A DNA stretch of 64,000 bases from Leucoraja ocellata (GCA_036785375.1 JAWMAR010003093.1:1-64000), one strand, 5' to 3'. Counted from the stretch's first letter, positions 12,156 through 27,072 are shown. Notes: generated by a model not told the origin, from the sequence alone. Made by a program: numbers and translations.

Positions 12156-14531
12156 ATGAGTTGGAAGCGGCATTTGGAAGTTGAATATTATTATTATCCA
12201 ATTCTGGCAGCAATCGGAGTACCCGGTAGGTCAAGGGAACGCAGTAAGTGGGACTGAGACGTGGGATGATGTGTTGATAAAGACAATGTTAAAGGTAAAG
12301 TGTAAATAGTGTGCGAAACACGGGAATGCTAGACTGCATTCTTCAGGTTAGGGCGGTATTAACTAGAAAATGTTTGTTTAAGAAATTACTGCAGTTGCTG
12401 GAGATAATCGAATCTAGACAAACATGCTGGAGAATTAGACAGCGGGTGAAGCGGCATCTAGGAAGCGAAAGAATAGGTGACGTTTCGGGTCGAGACTGAT
12501 CAGTCTGAAAAAGGGTCTCGACACGAAACGTCGCCTATTCCTTTGTTAAGCTACTTGTTCGTTGGTCGTTCATTGGATCTGGCACAGGTTAATTCTCTTC
12601 AGATTCAGGTTTAGGTGCATTGTTGTCATGTCTCTCTGGGAGCTGCAAAAAGCGATGGTTTGCAAGAAATCAAAATTAGATCAAATAATATTAAATAACA
12701 GTACAAACAATTCAATCTCAGTAACAGGTAGTGTAAAAGGGGAAATCGGAGTTCAGCGCGTAGTTCAAGTTTGGGAGCGCACTGCAGCGTATCACTTCCA
12801 CAAAGCCCAATGTCCGCAAGGGGATATAGGTGAAACGGCAATGCCCTGGCATATGGAAGAGCGGCTCAGAAGCCTGAGAACAGAGGGGAAGGAGCTGTTC
12901 TGGAGTCTGGTGGAGCGAGCTTTAAGCCTTCTCCATTTTCTGCCCGACGAGAGCAGGAAGTAGAAGGAATGAGCGGGGTGAAACATGTCTCCGTTTCCAA
13001 GGGATTGTGAAGTGCGAACGCAGTCAACAGTGCGGAGTCCATTTCGTGATATGGACCCGGCGTCTTCCAGAACCCTGTGCAATTTATTCTTTATAGGGCA
13101 TAGATGGACCCACAACAAGCTTTGTGCGGCACCGTTGTTGAGAATTATTGTGGAAGGGTGTTATCACTAATTCTCTCGGTTTATTCTTTAGGAAGTTGAG
13201 TATCCATTCGCAAGCTGGTGCACTGATCGCTGGGCTCTGGAGTTTATCAATGGGTTTGGATGGGAGTAGTGTTGAAGGCAAGTTCTCCAGCGGAGAAATG
13301 GGAATCCGACTTTCGACTCCTTGTTGGCCGGCTGTTCCCGGGAAGGGTTTAGGTCCAGGACGACGGCGTCTGATGCGGACATGTTGCTGCAATATGCAGT
13401 CTGCGGTGCATCACGGGTGGCTGGGAGACAGCTCACGCTACCTGCGTAGACCGCTGCTAATTAATCCGCACAGCTCCTTGGCAAGCACCCAGGTTTGCAT
13501 GTGGGCAGTTGTTTTCGAACAAATAAGCAAATCGTAACCAAGTTTGACCCCCGCCTCCAAATTTGCATCACGTGTCTCTTACATGTAACTACAGTTTCCT
13601 CTTTTCTACACCCGCAGTGAACTTGCTGGCAATTGTGATCCTGTCGCGCAGAAATTGTGGTCTCTCCAAATGCACCACTCGGTACCTGGTGGCCATGGCG
13701 ACTGTGGACCTCTTGGTGATCGTCTGCGAAGTGATATTAAATCGGATTGCCGACCTTTACTGGATGAAAACATTCCTCTTCCACAATACTGTGTGCAGGT
13801 TCATTATGTTCCTCGCTCCCGCGGCCGTTGCCTGTTCTGTTTGGCTCACGGTTGCTTTCACATTTGATCGCTTTGTGGCCATTTCCACTCAGACTCTGAG
13901 AACCAGATACTGCACTGAGAGAACCGCGCTGGTGGTTATAGTCACCCTAACTGCGTTCTTCTGTTTACAGAACGTCCCCTGGCCTTTTGCGTACAATTAT
14001 TATTTCAGGGATCAGCAGGGTATACAGTGGGGTTGCCTAATACGATATCAGTTTTATAGCCTATCCTCGTGGATAGCTTTTTCCTGGACTCAACAGCTGC
14101 TAGTCCCAGTCATTCCATTTTGTTTGATTATGCTGATGAACGTGCTCACAGTCAGACGCATTTTAGTGGCCAGTCGTGTCCGCAGAAAACTCCGCGATCT
14201 CAGTAGTGAGGACCCCGAGATCGCAAACCGCAGACGGTCCGTAATTTTACTCCTTGCAATCTCTAGCAGTTTTATGCTGCTCTGGGGCACAAACGTAGCA
14301 TATTTCGTTTTCTATCGAATTACGAATGCATTTATGTACAGGGGGTTCAAGAACCCATATGCAACATTTGATCAAACAGGAATTCTGCTACAACTGTTGA
14401 ACACCTGCACAAACACGCTCATTTACACCGTGACACAGAGGAGGTTCAGACAGCATCTGCTCCAGGTACTCATGCACCCCTTCACCCTAACTGTAAGTTT
14501 AATAAAATCGAGAAAATCTGGTGTAAAATAA
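12156..14531 (+). CDS. GPR139-like class A GPCR, copy 1; exon 1 12156-12225, exon 2 13618-14531; ~327 aa
   Basis: Exon 1 encodes MSWKRHLEVEYYYYPILAAIGVP+G followed by gtagg. Polypyrimidine tract and cccgcag acceptor at 13617, phase 1, joins into VNLLAIVILSRRNCGLSKC. Seven hydrophobic segments, TM3 FTFDRF, TM7 NTLIY. The intron at GVP/VN matches the GPR139/GPR142 family layout. Confidence 0.92.
12850..13490 (-). mobile_element. Old Rex1/L2-type LINE fragment in the GPCR intron (present in all four copies)
   Basis: HPAHSFYFLLSSGRKWRRLKARSTRLQNSSFPSVLRLL and ACEWILNFL remnants. Copy 4 keeps an extra internal segment at ~60530-60910. Confidence 0.75.
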
Positions 14532-15120
14532 CATTACAAATCCTTGTGTGAGTAAGTGCAAAAACTAGGTAATGAAGGAGTTTTCTCTGAAATCTTTCCG
14601 CATCAATTTTCCAAAAAATAGCTTAGAAAATCAAGCTGAACGCGCCCCTTGCACTGGAATGCACATTTGGCCATCTATTTAACATACGACACGGGCTCGT
14701 TGTTCAAAGTGCCCAATGGGAAGGGCGGCCATGTGGAACCGAGTGCTATGTTGTACTGGAGCAGACCTCCAATGATTCCGGAATTGAGCCTCGCCGTTAA
14801 CTGTTTCCACATTCCTTTGAATCCAGCGGCAAAGTCTCCAGCACGTTATGAAAACAGACATAGTTATGGTCCTAAACATTGCATGCTCCATTACTCTACA
14901 CTTCTTTGAGACGTTCCATGGTTACTTGTGTAAATGCCCAGTGCACCACTGTGTTCCATAAAATTACTGCTGCAACATTTACATTAATGAGAGTTCCATT
15001 TTATATTTGTTTCTCGCACTGAATGTAATGCATCGTTGCTTCTTACTGAGGTTTTCGGTTTCCATTGCAATTCTTAATTCTGCACCAGATGCAGGCAAAG
15101 GTAGTGGGTGCCGTTCAAAC

Positions 15121-17910
15121 TGCCACGCAGATTTGTTACATCCGCAAACTTGCTAGTGTTGCTCCACATTCCCACTTCCAAATCATTAATATATGGTGAA
15201 AATTTGCGGCCCCAACACCGAGCATTGAGGCACTCCACTCGCCACTGCATGCCATTCTGAAAAGGACCCGTTCACCCCTACTCTTATCTTCATTTCTGCC
15301 AACCAATTTTCTATCCATGTCAACACCCTATTCCCAATACCATGTGCTCTAATTTTAGTCACCAGTTTCCCGTGCGGCACCTTATCAAAGGCTTTCTGAA
15401 AGTCTAGATACTCTACATCCAATGGACCCCCTCCAACCATTAACTTGTCACAACCTCAAAAAATTCCCGAAGATTAGTCAAGCGTGATTTCCCTTTCATA
15501 AATCTATGTATACTTGGACTAATCCTTTGCCTATCCAAATGCCCCATTATTACCTCTTTATTAATTGACTCCAGCATCTTATCCACCACCGAAGTCAGGC
15601 TAACTGGTCTGTAATTCCCCGTTTTTTCTCTCGCTCCTTTCTTGAAAAGTGGGAAGACATAAATAATTTGGAAGACATAAATAATTTGCCGTAAATAGCA
15701 GGGGACCGGGGATCAAATAAGATGGAGGAACGGAGTGAAATGCATGTTAGTCGGGAAGTGGTGTGATGTAAATTGAATGGATTAAAGGCCGATAAATCCC
15801 CAGGGCCAGATAGGTTGCATCAATGGATGTAGCCCCGGAAACAGTGGATACATCAGTGATAATTTTTCAAAACTCTTCAGATTCTGTAGTAGTACCTGAG
15901 GATTGGAGGGTAGCCCCACTTTTTAAAAAGGGGTGGAGAGAGAAAACGGGGAATTACAGACAAGTTAGTCTAACATCGGTAGTGGGGAAACTGCTAGTCA
16001 GTTATTAAAGATGGGATAGCAGCACATTTGGAAAGTGGTGAAATCATTCGACAGTCAGCATGGATTTATGAAAGCTAAATCATGTCTGACGAATCTTATA
16101 GCATTTTTCGACGATGTAACTAGTAGAGTGGATAAGGGAGAACCAGTGGATGTGGTGTATCTAGACTTTCAGAAGGCTTTCGACAAGGTCCCACATAAGA
16201 GATTAGTACGCAAACGTAAAGCACACGGTATTGGGGGTTCAGTATTGATGTGGATAGATAACCTGCCGGCAAACAGGAAGCAAAGTGTAGGAGTAAACGG
16301 GTCCTTTTCAGAATGGCAGGCAGTGACTAGTGAGGTAACACATGGCTCAGTGCTGGGACCCCAGCTATTTACTATATATATTAGTGATTTGGACGAGGGA
16401 ATTAAATGCAACTTCTCCAAGTTCGTGGATCACACGAAGCTTGGGGGCTGTATTACTGTGAGGAGGATGCTAGGAGGCTGTAAGGTAACTTGGATAGGCT
16501 GCGCGAGTGGGCAAATCCATGACAGATGCAGTATAATGTGGATAACCATATAACAATATAACAATTACAGCACGTAAACAGGCCATCTCGACACTTCTAG
16601 TCCGTGCCGAACACATATTCTCCCCTAGTCCCACATACCTGCGCCCAGTCCAGAACCCTCCATTCCTTTCCCGTCCATATAACTATCCAATTTATTTTTA
16701 AATGATAATAACGAACCTGCCTCCACCACCTTCAGTGGAAGCTCATTCCACACAGCCACCACTCTCTGAGTAAAGAAGTTCCCCCTCATGTTACTCCTAA
16801 ACTTCAGTCCCTTAATTCTCAAGTGATGTCCCCTTGTTTGAATCTTCCCTACTCTCAGTGGGAAAAGCGTGTCCACATCAACTCTCCCTATCCCTCTCAT
16901 CATTTTAAAGACCTCTATCAAGTCCCCCTTAACCTTCCGCGCTCCCAATAATAAAGCCCAAACTTGTTCAACCTTCCTCTGTAACTTCGTTGCTGAAACC
17001 CAGGCAACATTCTAGTAAATCTCCTCGGTAGTCTCTCTATTTTGTTGACATCCTTCCTATAATTAGGCGACCTAAATTGTACACCATACGCCGGAATTGG
17101 CCTCACCAATGTGAGGTTAATGTGAGGTTATCCCCTTTGGTGGCAAAAGCAGGCAAGTAGACTATTATCTGAATGGTGGTCGATTAGGAAAAGGGGAGAT
17201 GCAACGAGACCTGGGTGTCATGGTACACTAGTCACTGAAAGTAGGCATGCAGGCGCAGCAGGCAGTGAAGAAAGCGAATAGTATGTTGGCATTCATAGCT
17301 AAAAGGTTTTGAGTATAGGAGCAGGGAGGTTCTACTGCAGCTGTACAGGGCCTTGGTGACACCACACCTGGAGTATTCCGTACAGTTTTGGTCTCCTAAT
17401 CGGATGAAAGATATTCTTGCCATAGAGGGAGCACAGAGAAGGTTCACCACACTGATTGGTGGTATGGCAGGACTTCCATATGAAGCACGACTGGATAGAC
17501 TCGGCTTGCACTCGCTAAAATTTGGAAGATTGAGGGGGGATCTTATAGAAACATACAACATTCATAACGGGTTGGACAGGCTAGAATGTTCCCGATTTTG
17601 GGGAGTCCAGAACAAGGTTGTCACAGTTTAAGGATGAGGAGGAAGTATTTTAGGACCGAGATGAGAAAAAAAATCAATCTGAGAGCAGTGAATCTGTGTA
17701 ATTCTCTGCCACAAAAAGTAATCGAGGTCAGTTCATTGGCTATATTTAAGAGGGAGTTGGATGTGGCCCTTGTGGCTAAAGGGGTCTGGGGGTATGGAGT
17801 GAAGGCAGGTACAGGATACTGAGTTGGATGTTCAGCCATGGTCATATTGAATGGCGGTGCAGGCTGGAAGGGCCGAATGGCCTACTGCACATATTTTATA
17901 TGTTTCTATG
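15121..17910. mobile_element. CR1 cluster: - strand 15121-15655, + strand 15660-17910 interrupted by a - strand CR1 3' end at ~16546-17107
   Basis: ORFs 15186, 16035, 16625 and 17353 give CR1 RT and 3' motifs. The 16546-17107 insert is absent from the paralog at ~440. Confidence 0.85.
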
Positions 17911-20292
17911 TTACTATAACATTAGCTATACTTCCATCCACAGGAACTGACCCTGAATCTATTGAACATTGGACAATGGTCACCACTGCGTCCACTATTT
18001 GTAGAGCCACCTCCCTGAGGATCCTGGGATGCAGACTATCAGACCCAGGGAATTTATCATCCTTCCGTCCCATTAGCCTACCCAATTCTATTTCTCGCCT
18101 AAATAAATTTGATTTCAGTTCCTCTACCCCCTTAGATCATCTGTCCTCCAGTACACCTGGGAGATTGTTTGTGTATTCTTCGGTGAAGACAGATCCGAGG
18201 TACCAGTTCAACTATTCTGCCATTTCATTATTACTCATAATAATTTCACCCCTATCTGTCTTCAAGAGACCCACATTTGACTTTGCTACTCTTTTCCCCG
18301 TAACATATCTAAAGAAGCTTTTATAGTCCCTCCTGATATTCTTGGCCAACTTCCCCTCACACTTCATCGTTTCAGCCCCTATTGCACGCTTTGTTTCCTT
18401 CTGTTGCCCTATGAACGTTTCCCAATCGAATGGCTTATGGCTACTTTTTGCGGTGCTATACATCTTTTCTTTGAATTTTATTCTATTCTGAACTTCTCTT
18501 GTCAGCCGCGTTGCCTCCTACTCCCCTTACAATCTTTCTTCCTTTTTCGAATGAAATTATCCTGCGTCTTCCGGATTATGCCCAAACATTCCTGCCATTG
18601 CTGTTCCATCGTCATTCCTGCTAGGATGCCTTTCCGGTCTACCTTGGACAGCTCCTTTCTCATGCCTTCATAATCCCCTTTGTTCAACTACATCACTGAC
18701 ATTTCCGATTTAATCTTCTTCTTCTCAAAATGCAGATTAAAACTAATCATATTATGATCACTACCTCCAAACGGTTCCTTACCTCGAGTTCTCTTATCAT
18801 ATCTGGTTGATTGGAGAACACTAAATCTAGAATTCTCTGGTCGGCTCCATTACAAGCTGCTATAATAACCCATCTCGGATGCACCAGAGTGGCATTACCT
18901 TAGTTACATGCCCGTTTTAACTCCTGCTGCAACTTACACGCTACATCCGTGCTACTATTTGGGGGTCTGTAGATAACACCAATTAGTGTCTTCTTGCCTT
19001 TACAATTCTTACAATGCAGCCACGTGTCAGTAATCCCCACAATGTCATATCTACCAACCACTAACTGAGCCTCAAGCTCATCTACTTTACTTCTGATACC
19101 TTGCGCATTCATATGCAATACATTTAATTCCTTACGCATCTCACCTTTCACATCGATCCCTATTACACTTGGCCATAGACTCCTATCCCCTTGTGAGTTT
19201 TCTTTCCCGTTAATTCTGGGGGTCATTAACTATCCATTTACTCTTTTTCCCTTTAACTCTGTCCTTGCTTATCCCATTTGACCCCCCCCCCCCCTTAGTC
19301 AGTTTAAAACCACCAGTGTAGCAGTGTCAAACCTGCCTGCCAGAATGCTAGTGTCCCACCTGATAAAGTGTAATCAGTCCCTTTTGTACAGTTCCCCCTT
19401 ACTCCAAAATATCCCAGTGATCTAAGAATCTAAATCCCTGCCCCCTGCACCAGGTCCTCAGCCACGCATTCAGGACCTGTATCTCTCTGTTCCTGCTCTC
19501 GCCAGCACGAGGAACTGGAAGCAACCCGGAGATAACAACCCTGGAGGTCCTGCGCTTCAGCAATTTTCCGAGCTCTCTCAAGTCACGCTAAAGAATATTC
19601 ATCCCGTTCTTTCCGACATCGTTTGTGCCGATATGTACAATTAAGGGACAGAAGTTTAGGGGTAACATGAGGGGGAACTTCTTTACTCAGAGAGTGGTGG
19701 CTGTGTGGAATGAGCTTCCAGTGAAGGTGGTAGAGGCAGGTTCGTTTTTTATATTTTAAATATAAATTGGATAGTTATATGGACGGGAAAGGAATGGAGG
19801 GGTATGGTCTGAGCGCAGGTATATGGGACTAGGGGAGAATACGTGTTCGGCATGGACTAGAAGGGTCGAGATGGCCTGTTTCCGTGCTGTAATTGTTATA
19901 CGGTTATATGGTTATATGCACTACCACTTCCGGCTATTCACCTACGCCCTTGAGGATTTTCTGCTCTGTGTCCGTGACAACCTGGATCCTGGCATCAGGG
20001 AGGCAACGCTCCATCATCGAACCTCGTCTGTTGCCGCAGGAACCCCTGTCCGTACCTCTCACAATGGAATCTCCAACTACCACGGCGTTCCCTGACGTCG
20101 GCCTCTTTGGTTTTGGCTCAACAGCACCTTTTGCTTCGCAAGCCAGTCCACCGCTCAGTGTTTAACGTCTTCTGTCCCGACAGCTTCTAAGTGGGTGAGC
20201 CTGTTCTCAAGAGGTACAATACCCGGGGACCTTTGCATTCCATGTCTCCTTCCCTTTCTCACTGTCACCCACCTTCTCTCCTCCAGTACCTT
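17911..20292 (-). mobile_element. CR1 5' part (paralog of 1241-3648)
   Basis: LNVLHMNAQGIRSKVDELEAQ...DIVGITDTW...IYRPPNS endonuclease motifs and ORF1 esterase remnants. Confidence 0.85.
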
Positions 20293-23200
20293 AGAAACAC
20301 AGAAACATAGAAACATAGAACATAGGTGCAGCAGTAGGCTATTCGGCCCTTCGAGCCTGCACCGCCATTCAATATGATCATGACTGATCATCCAACTCTG
20401 TATCCCATACCTGACTTCTCTCCATACCTCCTGATCCCTTTAGCCACAAGGGCCACATCTAACTCCCTCTTAAATATAGCCAATGACCTGGCCTGAATCA
20501 CCTTCTGTGGCAGAGAATTCCACAGATTCGCCACTCTGTGTAAAACATTTTCTCCTCTCGGACCTAGGTTTAGTTAGCTGCAGCAAAAAATGGAGAATGA
20601 TGAAATACATTTTTATAGATATATAAACTGATAACAAAAGTATTTTGGGGACAAAATGTGTTTTGCTTGAGCTGCTTGAGCCAGTTGTGATCTCCATTGG
20701 GATCAATGTCCATTTGTGACGTGACGCCACTTTCCATAGCAATCTGTTCTGAACTGGATTTACCAACAAACTCTGCATCCATCGTATCCAGCCGCCACGC
20801 CTCCAACTGAATGGCAATAGCTCTACTATTCCGGTCCTCGACTCTTCCCCCTGATCACACTATGCTTCTCTAAACCCATCTCTGATTGCTCATGTAAGCA
20901 CCCAGGTTACAAATCTGCTTAATATAATGAGTTTACAATGTACATTAAAGATTCACTCTTCACCAGTTGCAACCAACGGCGGCGTACGGTGTTTATATAA
21001 GGAAGGGAATCTAATTATATTTTAAGGAAGCAGAGTCTAGGGCGGCAAAGCGAAGTCGCCCAATTATAGGAAGGATGTCAACAACATAGAGAAAGTACAG
21101 AGGAGATTTACTAGAATGTTGCCTGGGTTTCAACAACTACGTTACAGAGAAAGGTTGAATAAGTTAGGTCTTTATTCTCTGGCGCGCAGAAGGCTAAGGG
21201 GGGACTTGATAGTGGTCGTTAAAATGATGAGAGGGATAGACAGAGTTGATGTGGACAAGCTTTTCCCTTTGAGAATAGGGAAGATTCAAACAAGAGGACA
21301 TGACTTCAGAATTAAGGGATAGAAGTTTAGGGGTAATATGAGGGGGAACCTCTTTACTCAGTGAGTGGTAGCTGTGTGGAATGAGCTTCCAGTGGAAGTG
21401 GTGGAGGCAGGTTCTTTGGTATAATTTAAAAATAAATTGGATAGGCATATGGATGAGAAGGGAATGGAGGGTTATGGTATGAGTGCAGGCAGGTAGAACT
21501 AAGGGAAAATAATTGTTCGGCACGGACTTGTAGGGCCGGGATGGCCTGTTTCCATGCTGTAATTGTTATTTGGAGAAGGTTCGCGTTTGTGATTGGTCAT
21601 AGAGCAAATTGGTCTGGCATTTATCTCCCAAGCCATTACCCCAGCGCAGACGCTGCAGTTCTGCAGATGCAAAGTGTTGACAATGAAAACAAGGGGAAAC
21701 AGCTTGAAAGGATGATTCTCGGACTCGTGTGCATCGTGCGTAGAACTCCGCAGTTGGGAAGACATTGAGAATGATGGAAGAGGCTTCCAATTAAAATGTA
21801 ACTGATTACGAAAAACAAGGAATCTTTCTGCTGTTAGTGCCAGCTAAGATATTTATGAGGATTAGGGTTGATTGGTGACTTTTGACTTGGCGGCAACTTC
21901 TGCACAAATCTTTCCATAACATTATTTACAATCAAACCCTCCATACTTTGAATCCAACAGCCAAGCCTTCAGCTCTCAATGCCAATAGGTCCACAATTCC
22001 GTTCCACAGCCGTTCCATCACTGTTTCCTTTTTGCGGCCATCTATTTTCCATGTAAGTACCCAGACCACAATTCTCGATTCACATCTTGTAAACTGCTTC
22101 TCCTACCTTTGTGCAATAATATGCATATAAACACATATATTTCGTTTGGGGGTACAGCGCGGAAACAGGCCCCTCGGCTCACAAAGTCCGCGTTGATCAG
22201 CGATTCCCGCACACTAACACAATTCTGCGCACTGGAGATATTTTACAATTTTTCCGAAACTACAAACTGATACGTCTTTGGAGTATTCGAGGAGACCAGG
22301 ATAAAACGCTTCTTGGAGAACGGACAACTCGTCACGCGGATAACGGACAAGCGCCGTGCAGGCAACAACCGTGGTCAGGATCAAACCCGGATCTCTGGCT
22401 GTTTCGGACAGCACACTACCGCTGCGGCGCGTGGCCTCCGTCCCCGTTCTGCAGCGGGCGAATCAGTCATACCGGGCCAGTCATCAGTAATAGGCGATTG
22501 AGGTCTGGCCTAGCCGGTGATACTCTGTCGGCGGTGGGCTGCCTACTGCTGGGTTTGGCCGCGGCTAGATCGCATTTGTCCGCGCGATGGCCACATTCGA
22601 AACACATGCAGGTTTGCCGTTTAATTGGTCTCTGTAATTGTTCCTGTGTGCAGGAGAGAGGCTGTGTGCGGGTACTTGTTGGACGGCGCGGACGTGATGG
22701 AGCGAATGGACAGTTTTCACTCTGTAAACTAAACTTAAGGAAACTCAATTAATGTATTATAGTTCATTTTATAATTCGCTCTCTTCTGAAACGACTCGAG
22801 GTTAGATTGTTTTCCTTTCAAAGTCATTATCGTGTAACTGAAATGTAACTAGCAGATGGAAGAGTTGTCACCGGAAGTAAAGATAATGATATGTTTCTGT
22901 CTTCCTCTTCACACTTCTTTATTCTTCCACGTACTTTTTAGACAGAAAGAACAACAGATGAAAAACTATTTTGGTCTCAACACGAATCCTATTAAATCGG
23001 AGACAAAAATATATGCGGGATTGATTCGAGTTTATCAAGAGCACCTTGGTTCGCATTGAATAATTAAAATTATTGAAACATAATCTCTTGCTTGTTTCAT
23101 ATTGCTCAGATTCAATTTTTAATTTAATTGTCATTGTCAGTGTACAGTACAGAGACAACGAAATGCATGAAATGCTCGTGTTGACAGTGGTTCAACAACG

Positions 23201-26200
23201 AAGACATATCCACCTGGTGAACTTGGCCAACACATTCCTAAGTATTCATAATGTGAGTGTTAATAATAAATAGATTTTGGACTAAATCGACTAAACCTGG
23301 TGTTTTTATTCCAGTATTGAAATAAGTTGCGCAACTTCTGGGGCAGATAAATCCTCGGTAACCCGTCATGGTCAATGTGTATCTGCAACAACAGAGGTGC
23401 AGCTGTAGAAACGCTGCCGAATATGACAGTGCCCCAATGCCTTATTTCATCGAATCTGCTTTTTAACATTAGGACCGAACTCTCTCTTCAGTACATGCAT
23501 GTATTTTTATTGCTAATATTATGCCAATCTCCGTTCAGTCACCATTCAAATACACTTTACTGATTGCACCTGGTGAATTCCGTTTTGTAGAAAAATAAAT
23601 AGCCTTGAACATTAAACTTATTTTTCGCCTTACAACCGTTGCCTTGCCGCTGGAGATTTATTTTATTTTCTGTGCAATTGTACATGTTCAGTATCTGCGG
23701 TATTTTGTATTTGATTAAACTACGCCCTATTGCAGCTGGTCCAAATTCGGCGCATGTTCTGCTCTATAAGCCAAACATGCAGGTTTCAGCCATTGCCTGA
23801 AAATAAAAACTTCGTTTAAGAGCAGGCACAATCACTATTCACAATCACTGCACCTCTTCGGACTTCCTGTTAGCCATTGCGAAGTTAATATCAAACTTCC
23901 TAAACCTGGTCCAGACTCTGTCTGTTTTAGAACTTAGAACATAGAACATACAGCAAAAAACTGTTCAGTTTAGTTTATGGCCACATGTACCCAGGTACAT
24001 TGAAAAGCGTGCAATCCTGTCAGCAGAAAGACAACACATGATTATAATCGAGCCATTCGCAGTATTATAGATACATGATAAGGGAACATGGTTTAATGCA
24101 AGGTGAAACCAGCATAGCCCGATCAAACATTGTGCTAGGGTCAGCATTTAGATGGATCAGTTGAAGAACAGATTCTTAGTTCACAATGGTCGTGTCGACC
24201 CGATACCAAGAGCAGCTCCGATCTACCTACGCGTGACCAATATCCTTCCATTCCCTGCAGATTCATATATGCATCCAAACTATTTTACATTCTACTATCG
24301 TATCCGCCTTAACGAGCAGCGCGTTATAAACACTCGCCATACTTTGTCTAAAACGTTGCGCCGCACATTTTCTTTAAATGTTGCCCTTCTATAGCATAAA
24401 GCTGTACCCTCTTGTATACATTGTTTCCATTCTGGGCCAATCAAAGTTCTGACAATCTACCGGGTCTCATAAGTTAACATAACTCAACCAGGTCTCCCCG
24501 CAATCTCCGACGTTTCAGAGGGATAAAAATCCAAATATGGCCAATCTCTCCCTGTATCTAATACCCGCTAATCCAGCCACCATGCGCAACTGAGCAACTG
24601 CGGCTGTAAAACTCGCTGTTCTTATTAATTTCGCCATCTTGCTGAATTGGCAAAGTCATTCACTAATGGCCTTGTTGCCGGTCACCAGTTTGTGCAGCGT
24701 TGTAGTTTAGTTAATTTACATTAGTTTGGTGGAGTTAAAGTAACCTAAACAAATACAATTACAAAAACAATACTAAACAAAAAAACACAAATGAATGACC
24801 AGGTACACTATATCCACTGCCTCTCCCTTGTCCATTTTCCTACTACCATCCTTAAACAAAATGCAGAAGATTAGTCAAGTATTATGTCCCCTTCGTAAAT
24901 CCATGCTGACTCGGACCGATCCTGTTACTGCTATTCAAATGTGCCGCTATTTCGTCTTTTATAATTGATTCCAGCATCTTCCCCACCACCGATGTCAGGC
25001 TAACTGGTCTATAATTCCCTGTTTTATCTCTCCCGACTTTCTTAAAAAGTTGGAAAACATTAGTTACCCTCCAATCCACAGGAACTGACCCTGAATCTAT
25101 GGAACATTGGAAAATTATCACCAATGCAGCCACAATTTCTAGAGCCATTTCCTTAAGTACCCTGGGATGCAGACTATCAGGCCTTGGGGCTTTATCAGCC
25201 TTCGGTCCCATCAGTCAACCCAACACCATTTCATGCCTGATGTGGATTTCCTTCAGTTCCTTCGTTAACCCAGATCCCCTGGCCACTACTACATCAGGAA
25301 AATTGTTTGTATCCCCCTTAGTGAAGACGGATCCAAAGTAACTGTTCAACTCGTCTGCCATTTTCTTGTTCCCCATAATAAATTTACTTTTTTCAGTCTT
25401 CTTGGACCCAGTCTTCAAGGATGTAGTTGAGGCAGGTACTGTCGCAACGTTTAAGAAATAATGCGACAGGTACATGGATAAGATATGTTCAGAGGAATAT
25501 GGCCACTCGTAGGCAGGTGGGGTGTGCAGATGGGGTGCAATGGTCATCGTGGGCAGGTTGTGCCGGAGGACTATTTTTCACGATGTATGACACTAGAACT
25601 CTATGCCAAGATGGAAGAACAACTTCACTTTCCGCTTGTGCAAGGCACATGTTACTGGAGTTAACATCCGAGTGTTCAACGTTGCTAAATCTCTCTTTCT
25701 GCTCATTTGGAAGAAAATTTGGAAGGCCCTGTTTCTGTGCTGTGTAACATGCAACTACCGCTTACAGTGAGAGTTGGTTCAATATACCTGCCCCCCCCCC
25801 CCCCCCCCCCCGTGAGGGAGAGTATCCGCTGCGTCCCTTTAAATATTTACCGTCTTATTTTATACTCCCGTCCTCTTTTAGAGACCTACATCAGAGGAAC
25901 ACATTAAAATATTTCAACTGATCACCTTGTCATATTTTAATTCTGCATAACTCCTCATGGTTTTATTCGCTGCTGAGAGATACAGTTTCTGCATTCTGCA
26001 GTCCATCTCATAATTCACACTGTCCAATATTTGTACCATTCGTGCGAGGACAGTTGCATATTCCCTAGTTTAAATTGATCCTTAATAAATTATTTCGAAA
26101 AATAATATCCCTCCTCCTGTGGTGTACTGCTCTGTGAAGTTTTTGTCTGTGAATTGCTTAGGTCGAGTGCAGCAAACATGACATTTGTTTCTTTGGTCAA

Positions 26201-27072
26201 GACTTTCTTCAGGATGATCTATCCCCAAACATTTACAGCCGGTGAGATTCTCCTTAACCGATTCAATCATCTTGTACATCAACATTCTTGATATCTCAAA
26301 CGGGTCATTGAATTGAGAAGATTTCGCCCTAATGTCTAGAATAACATCAAATGCTGTTCACCTCTGTGTTTTATGAATGAACACTTTATTTCTTTAAAGA
26401 TAATCTGTTGATCAAGAATATTTCTAGCCGCTGTTTATTTCCACTCAGTTATCACGTTACACATTATTTTCGCCTATTCTTTACTTCATGAAGTGGCAAC
26501 AGTTGAAATACATTAATGCTGCTGTTGTAGCTGAATTGTATACGATGTCGTCTAGAAGGTTCCCTGTGGTTTACATCATTTAGACCCTGCCAAAAAATGA
26601 TTATCTTTCCGTTTGAAAGGCAGCTACACGGATAATGCAAGATGAAATTATTAATGGGTGCATATTAAATGATGGGAACGGTGTCTGGAAAATGCATTGC
26701 AAATTCGACAAGTAATATACTGTATTACATCGTAGCTTGTGTGCATAAATGATACCTGACACGAATTTTGCTGCATCTGTGTGCCTCGCGTTAAAAGTTA
26801 AAAATAGAATGTTCACTCGTATTTTACAGTTCGTTTGTTCTGTTGGTGCTCAGCTGGTGCCTGAGTAGTGAGCGGTCGCATAATGAGTTTGATCGCTTTG
26901 CATCACATGGGAGCAAACTATTTGTTCAACGGTCCACAATAAATGTCCGCGGGGAGGTGAACGCACGCAGTCCTTAAGTTGTTTCTAAGAATATAAATAT
27001 AGCGCTATTTGACTTCTCACTTTGACTCCTATAAGTTTTGCACTGCATAACTGCGGACGGCTTGGAGGAAAA

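Larger units (their letters stand above)
1..15120. repeat. Segmental duplication unit A1 (GPCR copy 1, no V)
   Basis: Collinear with ~16129-30041, including the same CR1 fragments, SINE, 6-9 kb unique block and GPCR. Similarity ends abruptly after gccgttcaaac at 15120. Confidence 0.9.

Noticed and set aside
12562-12963. 133-aa ORF recurring in all four units
   Set aside because: Intronic, partly the antisense of a LINE fragment, and lengths differ among copies.
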